Source of the DNA: Thermotogota bacterium
GTDB lineage: Bacteria > Thermotogota > Thermotogae > UBA12178
Direction: 5' to 3'
Assembly (NCBI GenBank): GCA_021161835.1
Contig: JAGGZV010000037.1
Location: 21,806 to 85,805, forward strand
Length of the DNA stretch: 64,000 nt
Shown one piece after another: positions 1-10,252 of the stretch. Numbering within the stretch: the stretch's first letter is position 1; every line of letters starts with the position of its first letter. Both the position numbers and the translations under genes were made by a program. Below the pieces are notes generated by a model. That model did no database searches, was not told where the DNA came from, and was given only the letters and a program-made list of their open reading frames with translations.

Positions 1-89
1 GTAGCCAACGTGGGACACATGCCAAGAGCCTGAACGTAAGTGGGGTTCTCTTTGAAAAATCCCTTGGTGAAATTCCTGAAATCCGCCAC
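1..89 (-). CDS. rnfE: Rnf complex subunit E, 5' end (runs off the window)
   Basis: Manual translation from GTG at 89 gives MADFRNFTKGFFKENPTYVQALGMCPTLA, containing the ENP...LGMCP.LA motif; directly follows rnfG. Confidence 0.85.
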   Translation of the reverse strand, partial: MADFRNFTKGFFKENPTYVQALGMCPTLA

Positions 90-92
90 AGC

Positions 93-812
93 TTACCCCT
101 CCTGTTCCTTCAAATATCTATACATCGCGTTTATGGCATTGACCACCGCACGCGGTGTAAGCGTTGCCCCAGTCATCACATCACTGGTTTGAATTATACC
201 CTCGTGTTCCCTGAGGTACCTCATCTTTTTCTCGTCTTCTGTCGGCACAATGTTCGCATCCCTATTGACCTTAAGACCTTTTCTCAATCCTTCCGGTTCC
301 ACCGGATAGAACCTCTTCATTACCTTCTCTTCTCCTATTTTTGCCCCGAGACCGGGGGTTTCCTGGGAATAGGAAGTGACCCTTATGCCATTCAACCTGA
401 AATCATCCCCAACCTTTACAAATGCAGCCAGCACCACTACTTTGCCGCCGTAACCTACCGATGAACCTTCGAGTACGTAGATCTCCTCGCCTTTCTTGCC
501 TCTGAAGAGATATGCTGGTGAGTGCACCTTCGCTTTCAAAGAATCGTATCCCGCCAGCATACCTTCCGAACTTTCACGCCACACGAGCTCTTCCAGCTCC
601 TTGAGAGAGTCGGGAATCTCGGAAGAAGCAACCAGCAATTCACCGGTAATGGGATCTTCCAGTACCTTTTTTATCGACTGCAATTTAAAATTCAACTCGG
701 CTTTGTCTATACTGGGTTTGGCGAAGAGATACACCAATCCCAGACACAAACCGGCGATTATCGAAAAAACGAACAACGGTAGTGCGGAACGCCATATGCT
801 TTTCTTTTCCAT
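93..812 (-). CDS. rnfG: Rnf complex subunit G (FMN-binding)
   Basis: N-terminal TM helix, GYGG, ETPGLG and the TGAT flavinylation motif. Confidence 0.92.
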   Translation of the reverse strand: MEKKSIWRSALPLFVFSIIAGLCLGLVYLFAKPSIDKAELNFKLQSIKKVLEDPITGELLVASSEIPDSLKELEELVWRESSEGMLAGYDSLKAKVHSPAYLFRGKKGEEIYVLEGSSVGYGGKVVVLAAFVKVGDDFRLNGIRVTSYSQETPGLGAKIGEEKVMKRFYPVEPEGLRKGLKVNRDANIVPTEDEKKMRYLREHEGIIQTSDVMTGATLTPRAVVNAINAMYRYLKEQEG

Positions 813-818
813 CTTGTG

Positions 819-1784
819 TCACCCCTTCCCCACTACGTGTTTCCCGAAAATCCGGGGTTTCGTGTACATGTCTATTAGAGGTACCACGGAGTTCATTATC
901 AGTATTGAGAAGGAAACACCCTCCGGATATCCTCCGAAATATCTTATCATCATGGTTATCACTCCACACCCCACTCCGAATATCATCTGCCCCTTGGGCG
1001 TTATCGGAGAAGTTACCATATCCGTTGCCATGAATAGAGCCCCCAACATAAGACCACCGGCAAGTATGTGAAACAACGGCGTACCGTACCTTTCTACATC
1101 GATCATCCAGAATATGGAAGATATGAGCAAAACGGTTCCAATGTAAGAAATGGGTATCAGCAGTTTTATTCTTCTTCTCATAACAAGATAAGCAAAGCCT
1201 ATCAAAAGTGCAAGAGCACTCACCTCACCCATGCATCCTCCAATGTTACCAAGAAATAGATCCAGATATCCCACATTCAGAGCACCGAAGCCTTGCTCTT
1301 TTACTACTGCCAGAGGAGTTGCAGTGGTAAGAGTATCGAGATTCCAGTATCTGGGCGCCCACCAGGTTGTCATGAGTGAAGGGAAGGATATGAGAAGGAA
1401 CACCCTTCCAACAAGCGCTGGGTTGAACGGATTCTTCCCTATCCCACCGTACACATGCTTTCCCAGAGTGAGGGCTGCTATCAATCCCACCACCAACACC
1501 CAGATAGGAAGACCCACGTTAACGTTCAGGGCCAGGAGTAACCCTGTCACTGATGCACTGAAGTCAGGCTTGAAATCCTTTTGCTTCCTCAAAACCTTCA
1601 TTATGAATAGTTCAATGCCCTCAGCTATGAAGATGCTGACGATGGATAGTATAAGGGCACGCCATCCAAAGAAGTACGTGGCAGCTATTACAGCTGGAGA
1701 AAGGGCTATCAGGACATCGAACATTATGGAACGTACGTTGTCACCATCACGTATGTGAGGTGCGGCGGTGACGCTGAGCTTCAT
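819..1784 (-). CDS. rnfD: Rnf complex subunit D
   Basis: AAPHIR, SASVTGLLLAL, GGIGKNPFNPAL, TATPL FMN site, MATDMVTSP, GYPEG. Start moved to ATG 1784, which overlaps the rnfC stop (ATGA). Confidence 0.93.
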   Translation of the reverse strand: MKLSVTAAPHIRDGDNVRSIMFDVLIALSPAVIAATYFFGWRALILSIVSIFIAEGIELFIMKVLRKQKDFKPDFSASVTGLLLALNVNVGLPIWVLVVGLIAALTLGKHVYGGIGKNPFNPALVGRVFLLISFPSLMTTWWAPRYWNLDTLTTATPLAVVKEQGFGALNVGYLDLFLGNIGGCMGEVSALALLIGFAYLVMRRRIKLLIPISYIGTVLLISSIFWMIDVERYGTPLFHILAGGLMLGALFMATDMVTSPITPKGQMIFGVGCGVITMMIRYFGGYPEGVSFSILIMNSVVPLIDMYTKPRIFGKHVVGKG

Positions 1785-3109
1785 TTCCTGGCACCTCCCC
1801 TCAATGCACGATAAACCTTCTTTGCAAGTTTTATGGATTTCACGTGATCTATTTTGGAAGGACAAATGTAACTACAACTTCCACATTCTATACAATCCAT
1901 CAACCCTTCTTCCACAGCTTCATCGTACCTTCTTGCCCTGGCGAGTTGCTCGAGAAGATAAGGCTGAAGATTCATGGGACATGCCATCACACATCTTGAA
2001 CATCTTATACACGGTTTCGTCTCTACCTTTCCCTTCCTCTCAGGCGGAAGAGCTACTATACCCGATGTACCCTTCATGACAGGTATATTCAGATCTGGTA
2101 TGGCTATACCCATCATAGGTCCCCCCAGTATCACCCTGTCCACTTTCCCTTTCAACCCTCCAACAAACTCGAGTACCTCGGAAACCATCGTACCCACACG
2201 TACCACCAGATTCGAAGGGTTGGAAACTGCCTCACCTGTTACGGTGAGCCCTCTTTCCACGAGAGGTTTACCCTTCTCCACCGCTTCATAAACCGCCAGA
2301 ACCGTTCCGACGTTTTGCACGACGACACCCACGTGCAACGGTAATCCACCCGATGGAACCACCCTTTTGGTCAAAGCATATATGAGCTGTTTCTCCGCGC
2401 CTTGTGGATATTTTGTGCGGAGAAGTTTCACCTTTATCGGTTCGCCGGCGGTCGCTCTCATCATTGCTTCGTAAGCATCCAGTTTGTTGTTCTCTATACC
2501 CACATACGCTTTCTCAACGTCCAGAACATACATCAAAATACGTATTCCCTTGACTATGTCCTCGGTTCTTTCAAGCATCAACCTGTGATCGATAGTCAAA
2601 TAAGGTTCACATTCGGCACCGTTCACTATTAGAAGATCGATTTTCTTGCCTTCTGGTGGTGTCAATTTAACATGTGTAGGAAACATTGCCCCTCCAAGTC
2701 CAACTATTCCCGCTTCCTTTATGATATCCACTATTTCTGGGGCTTTGAATCTGTTGAAATCACCATGTGGGTTAATATACTCCCATTCGTCCTTTTCGGT
2801 TTCTCTCCTTATCACCACAACCTCCGATGGTTTTTGAAGCACCGGGTGAAAAACCTTTTCCACGCCCACAACGGTGCCGGTCAAGGATGCATGAACGTTG
2901 GCCGAAATCATTCCCGCCTGTTCACCTATCTTTTGTCCTGTCTTCACCGTGTCTCCTTCCTTGACCACCCGTTTTGCAGGTGCTCCTCCATGATTTGCCA
3001 GATAGATCTTCACTTCCTGTGGCAAAGGCATGAAACGTATAGGTTTCTCTTCCGTCAACTCCTTGCTTTCAGGGGGATGAACGCCTCCCCTGAAGGTAAA
3101 GAGGTTCAT
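1781..3109 (-). CDS. rnfC: Rnf complex subunit C
   Basis: TFRGGVHP, GLGGAMFPT, NGAECEPYLT, KYPQGAEKQL and two CxxCxxCxxxCP ferredoxin motifs. Confidence 0.95.
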   Translation of the reverse strand: MNLFTFRGGVHPPESKELTEEKPIRFMPLPQEVKIYLANHGGAPAKRVVKEGDTVKTGQKIGEQAGMISANVHASLTGTVVGVEKVFHPVLQKPSEVVVIRRETEKDEWEYINPHGDFNRFKAPEIVDIIKEAGIVGLGGAMFPTHVKLTPPEGKKIDLLIVNGAECEPYLTIDHRLMLERTEDIVKGIRILMYVLDVEKAYVGIENNKLDAYEAMMRATAGEPIKVKLLRTKYPQGAEKQLIYALTKRVVPSGGLPLHVGVVVQNVGTVLAVYEAVEKGKPLVERGLTVTGEAVSNPSNLVVRVGTMVSEVLEFVGGLKGKVDRVILGGPMMGIAIPDLNIPVMKGTSGIVALPPERKGKVETKPCIRCSRCVMACPMNLQPYLLEQLARARRYDEAVEEGLMDCIECGSCSYICPSKIDHVKSIKLAKKVYRALRGGARK

Positions 3110-3110
3110 A

Positions 3111-4004
3111 TCAATTCACCCCTCCCTCTGAGAATATGTTGTACGGTACACACTGGGGTTTTTCGTTGTAATATGGCCGTGTGCAATCTGGACAACCACG
3201 CGTTAGAAACGCTTTATCTTCACAAAAATTCATTTCGGGTATCTCCCGCAACCGCCCACGATCATCGAACTCCAGGTCTTCGAAAGTCAAGATACCTTTC
3301 TCTATGGCATACGACAGCATTTGAATACGCCTGTAACGTTCAAGAGGAGGTGGTGGAAGATGCTCAAGTTTCGTGCCCCTCACAGGAGTGAAAGCAAACA
3401 AAGCCACTGTTACAAATGCAGACGAGAAAATGGAAACAAGGCGTAGAATCTCTTCATCGCTCTCACCGAGTCCAACTATTAGATGGGTAGTCACTCGACC
3501 AGGATATTCGGATGCAACCTTCAATATGAGTTCCAAGGATCGCCTATAATCGCCCCCTCTGTAAACAGAAAAGAGCCTGGGTGAAGCCACATCAAAACCG
3601 ATACCCATCCTTTCGATTCCCAGGTCGAAGATTTTCCTTACTTCTTCCATGCTGGAAGGGCGCACAGAAACAGATACAGGTATAGCAAAAGAACACAGCG
3701 ATTTCAGAACACAGGAAAGATCATCCATATAATTCGGGGTATTGACCACCTGTACACACAGCCGCTTGAAACAATCCACATTTTGGAGCCTTTCAATCAC
3801 ATCCCTGAAATCGTAGGAAGGCCATAGAACCCTGGAAAGAAGCTCAGGGGAAGAAGAAGCACTTGATGCTCTGGAACAGTAGGCACAATCGTAAACGCAA
3901 CGTTCGCCTATCAAGAAATAGGCGGTATGTAAGGGAACATCCATCTTCAGCTTCTTCAAACCCAACACCTTCGCTGTTCCGACTGAAACGCGGATTCGTA
4001 TCAC
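3111..4004 (-). CDS. Radical SAM protein, biotin-synthase-related / LipS2-like
   Basis: CxxxCxxC (CVYDCAYC), HLIVGLGE and C-terminal TRGCPDCTRPYYNE. Confidence 0.8.
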   Translation of the reverse strand: MIRIRVSVGTAKVLGLKKLKMDVPLHTAYFLIGERCVYDCAYCSRASSASSSPELLSRVLWPSYDFRDVIERLQNVDCFKRLCVQVVNTPNYMDDLSCVLKSLCSFAIPVSVSVRPSSMEEVRKIFDLGIERMGIGFDVASPRLFSVYRGGDYRRSLELILKVASEYPGRVTTHLIVGLGESDEEILRLVSIFSSAFVTVALFAFTPVRGTKLEHLPPPPLERYRRIQMLSYAIEKGILTFEDLEFDDRGRLREIPEMNFCEDKAFLTRGCPDCTRPYYNEKPQCVPYNIFSEGGVN

Positions 4005-4312
4005 TTCTGTCCTCCAGCTTCAAGATTCAACATATATCGACGCGAAACCAGAGCATTACCGATCCATATTTCAACGCCTGTCCCATGTTCGGTCAAGCGC
4101 ACTTCAAATCCGTTCTCCTCATATTTTCCCCTGTATCCTGTTTTGGCACGCACCACGGCACTTTCCAGTGTTATGGCCATGCGTCTCAACGCCAACAATC
4201 TCCTCAATGTTACAACACTCCAACTCCATGTCATCAACACAGTACTCGCCACTATCGCACATATCAAAAGCACTACTATACCACTGATGCTTCCCCCACA
4301 ACGATTCATCAC
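4001..4312 (-). CDS. Small hypothetical protein with an N-terminal TM or signal segment
   Basis: 103-aa ORF overlapping both neighbours by 4 nt. Confidence 0.6.
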   Translation of the reverse strand: MMNRCGGSISGIVVLLICAIVASTVLMTWSWSVVTLRRLLALRRMAITLESAVVRAKTGYRGKYEENGFEVRLTEHGTGVEIWIGNALVSRRYMLNLEAGGQK

Positions 4313-5319
4313 CTTATTATGTAATACGCAAATATCACTCCCACAGCCACTATCGCCATGGAAATGAGTATGGCTAGAATGACCTCTTCTATTCTCAGAT
4401 ACTTCTTTTCAACCATCACGTCTCTTTGCTCCATGGTGATTTGAGGTAACTGCCTTGCCTCCTCTGGATTCGTGCTGGTCGAGATCTTGGTTTCCAGCCT
4501 TTCCTTGCTTGCCATCAACTTAACATTTCTACTTATAACACATTTTGCAACCATATCACTGCCAAAAGCCACCTTTATGAGCATGTACTCCTTGTTCTTG
4601 GGTGAAACGATCTCCTTGGACAGCAATATACCCGTCATGGGTACGATGTTGTTACCTTCATTGTCGAAGTGATGCGGAAAAAGAGTGCGTAACTTGTCCT
4701 TATACTTACCAGGATTCAGTATCACGAAGTGTATCTCATCCCCCACATCGAAGTCGTCTATGGTCACACCCATGGTGGGATCGACGAGAGGATATATTTC
4801 AGGTAAATCCTTAACATCTGGCCTGATCAAAGCCTGCTTCAGAGCCTCATCAAGCGTCACAGAACTCGCAGCGAGATGAGTCAAAGCTTCGTATGAAAGC
4901 AAAGAAGCTGAAACTCGTAGCTCCACGTCTCTTGCCCAGTCTCTGAACATATCCAGAAAGTTCACAGCCAGCAGTTCCTTATCACCATCGGCTATCATCT
5001 TGTATATCTTCGCCCCGAACAATCGTCCGCCTTCCCTGCTTATCTTGAGATGGAGGTAATTGTTGAAATCCTTGGTTGAAACAACAACATCGGGGTAATT
5101 TATTACACTTCTTGCTTGTATGGTATCGAACTTTTTCAAAAAGGTATAATAGCTGTCGTTCTCTATATCTATGTTTTCCTCAAAATCGTATTTTCTTGGA
5201 TACACCAGGAATCTGTATTCGGGTGGTTCACTTCTCTTCCCGAAGAAATATCCTATTCCTTTCTCACCGGTACTTCTGGTTCTCATAAACACCCTCACAA
5301 AGTAAAAATCCACGATCAA
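4309..5319 (-). CDS. Hypothetical protein with a C-terminal membrane anchor
   Basis: 336-aa ORF coupled to glgC, with a hydrophobic C-terminal helix. Confidence 0.75.
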   Translation of the reverse strand: MIVDFYFVRVFMRTRSTGEKGIGYFFGKRSEPPEYRFLVYPRKYDFEENIDIENDSYYTFLKKFDTIQARSVINYPDVVVSTKDFNNYLHLKISREGGRLFGAKIYKMIADGDKELLAVNFLDMFRDWARDVELRVSASLLSYEALTHLAASSVTLDEALKQALIRPDVKDLPEIYPLVDPTMGVTIDDFDVGDEIHFVILNPGKYKDKLRTLFPHHFDNEGNNIVPMTGILLSKEIVSPKNKEYMLIKVAFGSDMVAKCVISRNVKLMASKERLETKISTSTNPEEARQLPQITMEQRDVMVEKKYLRIEEVILAILISMAIVAVGVIFAYYIIR

Positions 5320-6590
5320 CCACCAACCTTCTTCTTGAACACGAATCCACCCGATGGGATCGTTTTATCGGTGAAATCTTCTTCCCTTACCCCGTTTCCT
5401 ATAACGACATTCTTCCCTATTTCCACACCATCTGGAATTACGGTATCGAATCCCACCACCGTTATGCCACCATAGTATATTCTCGGATCGTACTCACTGG
5501 GTTTATCCTCGCCCAAACCTATTTTGACATTCCTACCTATTATACTTCTTTCTGCTATTATGGCATTCTCTATTACTGCCCCTTCCATAACTTTACACCT
5601 GGTCATAATAACTGATCTCCTGATTACCGCGTTATCACCTATCTCCACGCCTTGGAATATGACAGAGTTTTCCACCTTTCCGAAGATCTCCGCTCCTTCG
5701 CTGACCAGCGACTCTACCACCTGTGCGGATTCGGAGATGTAAGCAGGTGGCATCTCCTCGGTATGGGTGTAGAAACTCCATGATGGATCGTAGAGGTTGA
5801 ACAAGGGCAACGGTCTGGTCAGTTCGAGATTTGTCTCCCAATAAGAGGGAAGTGTACCCACATCACGCCAGTAACCATCGAAGCGGAATGCGTACAATCG
5901 TACACCATCCCGAGATACGAGCTTGGGAATTATATCCCTCCCGAAATCGTGAGAGGAGTTCGGATCCTTCTCATCTTCCAGAAGCACTTCCCGAAGAAAA
6001 TCCCATCTGAAAACGTATATTCCCAGAGATGCAAGATTGGACTTGGGCACTTTCGGTTTTTCCTGAAAATCCACTATGCGCCAATCAGGATCCGTTACCA
6101 TTAGGCCGAAACGTGAAGCTTCTGAAATTGGCACTTCCATACAGGCTATCGTACCATCAGCGTTTTTGCCCACGTGAAATTCGAGTATTTCATTGTAATC
6201 CATTGCATAGACATGATCACCCGATAATATTAAAACCAGCTGAGGTAAATACTGATCCGCGAAATCAATGTTCTGTGTAACGGCGTCGGCCGTTCCCCTA
6301 TACCAATCACTTTCGTGCATGGCAGTATAAGGTGGAAGTATGGTCAAACCACCATCTTTTCTGTCCAGATCCCAGTGTTTACCGATACCTATATGCTGAT
6401 TTAAAACGTGGGGTTTATACTGGGTTAGCACCCCAACGGTGTAGATCCCCGAATTCACACAATTGCTGAGGGTGAAGTCTATTATTCTGTACTTACCGCC
6501 GAAAGGTATAGCCGGTTTGGCTATATTTTCTGTCAGAACGCCCAGTCTTGTCCCCTGACCTCCCGCGAGAATCAACGCAACCACCTTCAT
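5316..6590 (-). CDS. glgC: Glucose-1-phosphate adenylyltransferase, catalytic subunit
   Basis: [49 protein letters not shown]. Start set at MKVVAL (6590). Confidence 0.95.
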   Translation of the reverse strand: MKVVALILAGGQGTRLGVLTENIAKPAIPFGGKYRIIDFTLSNCVNSGIYTVGVLTQYKPHVLNQHIGIGKHWDLDRKDGGLTILPPYTAMHESDWYRGTADAVTQNIDFADQYLPQLVLILSGDHVYAMDYNEILEFHVGKNADGTIACMEVPISEASRFGLMVTDPDWRIVDFQEKPKVPKSNLASLGIYVFRWDFLREVLLEDEKDPNSSHDFGRDIIPKLVSRDGVRLYAFRFDGYWRDVGTLPSYWETNLELTRPLPLFNLYDPSWSFYTHTEEMPPAYISESAQVVESLVSEGAEIFGKVENSVIFQGVEIGDNAVIRRSVIMTRCKVMEGAVIENAIIAERSIIGRNVKIGLGEDKPSEYDPRIYYGGITVVGFDTVIPDGVEIGKNVVIGNGVREEDFTDKTIPSGGFVFKKKVGG

Positions 6591-6609
6591 ACCATTTAAC
6601 CCCCGGGAC

Positions 6610-7725
6610 TCAGAGTACACTGGCCTTTTCAAAGGCCAGTACTCTATCCTTGTTGCCCCTTATTATCTTTCCAGGTCTTATAACACTGTCTTTATCCACA
6701 ATGGCATATGATACGTAGGACCCCTCACCCACTCGCGTGCCTTCAAGTATCAGAGAATTCTCCACAACCGCTCCCGCTTTAACATGCACATCCCTGAATA
6801 GGATCGAATTTCTTACGGTACCGGAAACTATACAGCCATCTGCAACTATGGAATTTTCTACATGTCCTGTCGCCGTTATCTTCGGTGGAGGAAGATCCTT
6901 GGATTTGGTGTATATTCTGGATGGCGCATGGAACAGTTCATCCCTCACCTCTTTTCTCAAACCATCCATGTTCGTACGATAGTACTCATTTATACTCTTC
7001 TTTATATTCCTCCAATATCCCTTGAACCTATAAACCTTGAACCTGAACTTGTGCATATTGGGCAAAAGGACATCCAGTAGCAGATTGTACCCACCATGGG
7101 GAACGGTGGCGTAGAGCAGGTCCATCAACAGATACTTACTCATAAAGTATATTCCCAGGAACGCTAGGTTTGTTTTGGGATTGGAAGGCTTTTCTTCGAA
7201 ACCTATAACGTTGTCTTTATCATCCACCTCAACGATTCCATACTGTGTGAGATCATAGGTTTCATCCAGTTCCTTGACAACCAGAGTAACATCCACCCCA
7301 GCCATGATATGCTGTTTGAAGAGATCGGTGAAGTCCATGTTGTAGATGTGATCACCTGAACCTATCAGAACATAGTCCTCGTCGCCACGCCTGAAAAGGG
7401 TCATGTTCTGAAACAACGCATCTGCAGTCCCTTTGTAACCTATCTTTCCACTTCCAACACTCAAGTAAGGCTGGAGTATGAACAACCCCCCGCGCTTGCG
7501 ATCGAGGTCCCAATCCTTCCCTGAACCAAGGTGATCCATCAAACTTCTGGGATTGTACTGCGTCACTATTCCAACCTTGGTTATACCACTGTTCACCATA
7601 TTGCTCAGGGTGAAATCTATCGCTCGATATTTGCCGAACATGGGAACAGCGGCACTGGCTCTCTTGATCGTCAACGGAAGTATGGCACTTCCTCCACCCG
7701 CAAGAATTATCCCCAGAACCTTCAA
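6610..7725 (-). CDS. glgD: Glucose-1-phosphate adenylyltransferase, GlgD subunit
   Basis: GlgC paralogue with a degenerate GxGxRL and [17 protein letters not shown]; adjacent to glgC. Confidence 0.9.
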   Translation of the reverse strand: MKVLGIILAGGGSAILPLTIKRASAAVPMFGKYRAIDFTLSNMVNSGITKVGIVTQYNPRSLMDHLGSGKDWDLDRKRGGLFILQPYLSVGSGKIGYKGTADALFQNMTLFRRGDEDYVLIGSGDHIYNMDFTDLFKQHIMAGVDVTLVVKELDETYDLTQYGIVEVDDKDNVIGFEEKPSNPKTNLAFLGIYFMSKYLLMDLLYATVPHGGYNLLLDVLLPNMHKFRFKVYRFKGYWRNIKKSINEYYRTNMDGLRKEVRDELFHAPSRIYTKSKDLPPPKITATGHVENSIVADGCIVSGTVRNSILFRDVHVKAGAVVENSLILEGTRVGEGSYVSYAIVDKDSVIRPGKIIRGNKDRVLAFEKASVL

Positions 7726-7777
7726 TTTTCACCACTCCAGAGGAGAGTTCTCTCACAAGTATACCATCAAACAATCT

Positions 7778-7805
7778 AAAAGCGCCGGTCATCCCGGCGC
7801 TTTTT
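7778..7805 (-). terminator. Intrinsic terminator after hppA
   Basis: Perfect inverted repeat AAAAGCGCCGG-tcatc-CCGGCGCTTTT immediately after the hppA stop. Confidence 0.8.
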
Positions 7806-10000
7806 CATCTCATGAATATTGGTGTTCGGGGGAATGTCGAGCCGAAGACGAGACTGACCACGGACATGAGTTTCACCAGAATGTCCATCGATGGACCCAC
7901 CGTGTCTTTCAATGGATCTCCCACCGTATCTCCAACCACTGCGGCTGCATGAGTCGCAGTGCCTTTACCACCGAAGTGTCCCTGCTCTATGTACTTCTTG
8001 GCATTGTCCCAAGCTCCACCTGCGTTGGCGGAATACAACGCTATCATTATCGCACTGGATAAGCTACCTATCAGCAAGCCCGCCACCGCATATTGACCGA
8101 AAATGTAACCCATGATGAACGGAGTCACTATTGCGATCATACCCGGTGCTATCATCTTGCTTATGGCACCATGAGCGGTTATCGCTATACAACGAGCATA
8201 GTCAGGTTTCTCTTTTCCTTCCAGTATTCCGGGCTTTTCCCTGAACTGCCTCCTGATTTCATCGATCATTATAGAAGCCGTACTGGCGACACCGTTTATG
8301 AGGAGAGCGGTGAAAAGGTGCGGAAGCATACCGCCGATTATGATTCCAATGAGAGTGTAGGGATTCACGAGGTTTATGATCGGATTTATGTGTATTGCAC
8401 CAGCTGATTTCGCCGTTCCCCATATATAAGAAACTATAAGCGAGAGAGCCGCGAAAGCTGCTGAACCTATGGCGAAGCCTTTGCCTATCGCTGCGGTTGT
8501 GTTACCCACGGAATCCAATCTGTCGGTTATTTCCCTGACTTTCGGATCCAGTTTGGCCATCTGGGCTATTCCACCTGCGTTATCCGCTACCGGTCCATAG
8601 CTATCGACGCTCACGATGTATCCAACGAACGATAGCATTCCCAATGCAGCTATTGCTATTCCGTACGTTCCCGCCGCCCAATAAGCCACCAGTATTGCGA
8701 ATGCCAGGGTGAGGACAGGCCAGAAGGTACTCTGCATTCCCAGTGCAAAACCGGTGGTTATGTTAACCGCAACACCTGTTTGTGTCTTTTCTGCCAGCTT
8801 TTTAACAGGAGAATAATCGTAGGAAGTATAGTACTCGCTGAACTTGCTTATAAGAACGCCCGCGATCAAACCGCTGGCTATAGCTATCATCAGACGCCAT
8901 CTCAGTGCCAGATCTCCGAACAGCACTCCTTTGAATTTGAAGGTGTAATTAACATCCAGCATCAGCACCACTATGAAGGTGAAGAGTAGCACCAGTACAG
9001 CAGTTATAACGTTACCCGAAGACAATGCCACCCTTGCATCGTGGGTTTTGCGTATCTTCACAATTATTACGCCTATCATGGAAGCCAGAACACCCACCGA
9101 TGCCAGGATGACAGGTAGGGTTACCAATGCGAGATACTGTTTCATCGTGAACGAGGGATCGGCGAGGCGAATGTACATCGCGGTTATGACGGCGGAAATG
9201 AGAGAAGCTATGTAAGATTCCAGGATATCTGCTCCCAGCCCTGCAACATCACCGACGTTGTCTCCAACGTTATCCGCTATGCTGGCAGGGTTTCTGGGAT
9301 CGTCTTCTTCTATTCCCGCCTCCACTTTACCCACAAGGTCTGCACTCATATCTGCCGCCTTGGTGTACATCCCTCCACCAACCCTATCGAAAAGGGCTAT
9401 GAAGGAGGCTCCAAAAGAGTAGGAACTTATGAGCATGACTCCTTTTATTAACGATATCAAACCTTGTTCATTCTCCACTCTGAAAAGTTTCAAACCTTGA
9501 AACACATATTTCGTGGTCTCCAGTGAAACTTTATCGTATATGAACCATTCTTTGAAGATGAGCATTATCAGACTCAAGCCCGTCAACGAAAAACCTGCCA
9601 CAGCCAATCCCATGACCGAGCCACCAGAGAATGCCACACTGAATGCATCGAACAATCCTTTTCGTGCACCGTTGGTAACCCGCACGTTGGCACGCGTGGC
9701 AGCGTACATGCCCATGACTCCCGCCATCTCGGAAACGGCTGCACCGAAGAGAAAGGCCAGTGCGTATCTGAAGTCGAACAGTACGCCCAATACTGCGGCT
9801 ATCACCACCGCAACCAATGCTATCTTCTTTCCTTCCTCTGTAAGAAACGCGGTGGCACCTTCACGTATAGCTTTGGATATCTCAACCATCTCTGGGGTTC
9901 CTTCCGGTTTACCGAGGGTGATCTTCAACATGATCAAAGCCATTATGGAGGAGGCAAGCCCCGAGAAGAATGCGAACCACAGGATGTTCAGTGTGAACAC
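7805..10000 (-). CDS. hppA: Membrane-bound pyrophosphatase, K+-dependent, probably Na+-translocating
   Basis: GGGMYTKAAD, EDDPRNP, DNVGDNVGD, DNAGG, GDTVGDPLKD. GNTTAA (Ala) marks K+ dependence; GADILES resembles Na+-PPases. Confidence 0.95.
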   Translation of the reverse strand: MFTLNILWFAFFSGLASSIMALIMLKITLGKPEGTPEMVEISKAIREGATAFLTEEGKKIALVAVVIAAVLGVLFDFRYALAFLFGAAVSEMAGVMGMYAATRANVRVTNGARKGLFDAFSVAFSGGSVMGLAVAGFSLTGLSLIMLIFKEWFIYDKVSLETTKYVFQGLKLFRVENEQGLISLIKGVMLISSYSFGASFIALFDRVGGGMYTKAADMSADLVGKVEAGIEEDDPRNPASIADNVGDNVGDVAGLGADILESYIASLISAVITAMYIRLADPSFTMKQYLALVTLPVILASVGVLASMIGVIIVKIRKTHDARVALSSGNVITAVLVLLFTFIVVLMLDVNYTFKFKGVLFGDLALRWRLMIAIASGLIAGVLISKFSEYYTSYDYSPVKKLAEKTQTGVAVNITTGFALGMQSTFWPVLTLAFAILVAYWAAGTYGIAIAALGMLSFVGYIVSVDSYGPVADNAGGIAQMAKLDPKVREITDRLDSVGNTTAAIGKGFAIGSAAFAALSLIVSYIWGTAKSAGAIHINPIINLVNPYTLIGIIIGGMLPHLFTALLINGVASTASIMIDEIRRQFREKPGILEGKEKPDYARCIAITAHGAISKMIAPGMIAIVTPFIMGYIFGQYAVAGLLIGSLSSAIMIALYSANAGGAWDNAKKYIEQGHFGGKGTATHAAAVVGDTVGDPLKDTVGPSMDILVKLMSVVSLVFGSTFPRTPIFMR

Positions 10001-10252
10001 TTTGGCAACCTCCTTTCTTTGAGAAGTCTCATCAGATTATACACGCCATTTTTTAAATTTTTACATAAGTTGTATTGAGCTTCTTCACTTTGTCAATGCA
10101 AATTGATTATATAGAAAACAATTTCTGAAATCCTTGTATAAAGCCATATATAAAAATTGGGATTTTTTGCGCTTGAACCACATCCCCGAAATGTTGAAAT
10201 ACCAGTTAACGAGCCGATTCAAAAATGAAATCTCTCGAGGTGTATAATTGTT

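Noticed and set aside
4001..4312. Type IV pilin call for the 103-aa ORF
   Set aside because: It lacks the G|FxxxE prepilin cleavage motif.
10001..10252. ncRNA or replication origin in the AT-rich hppA-recJ gap
   Set aside because: It is explained by divergent promoters (TATAAT on both strands); I saw no repeated boxes or stable structure.
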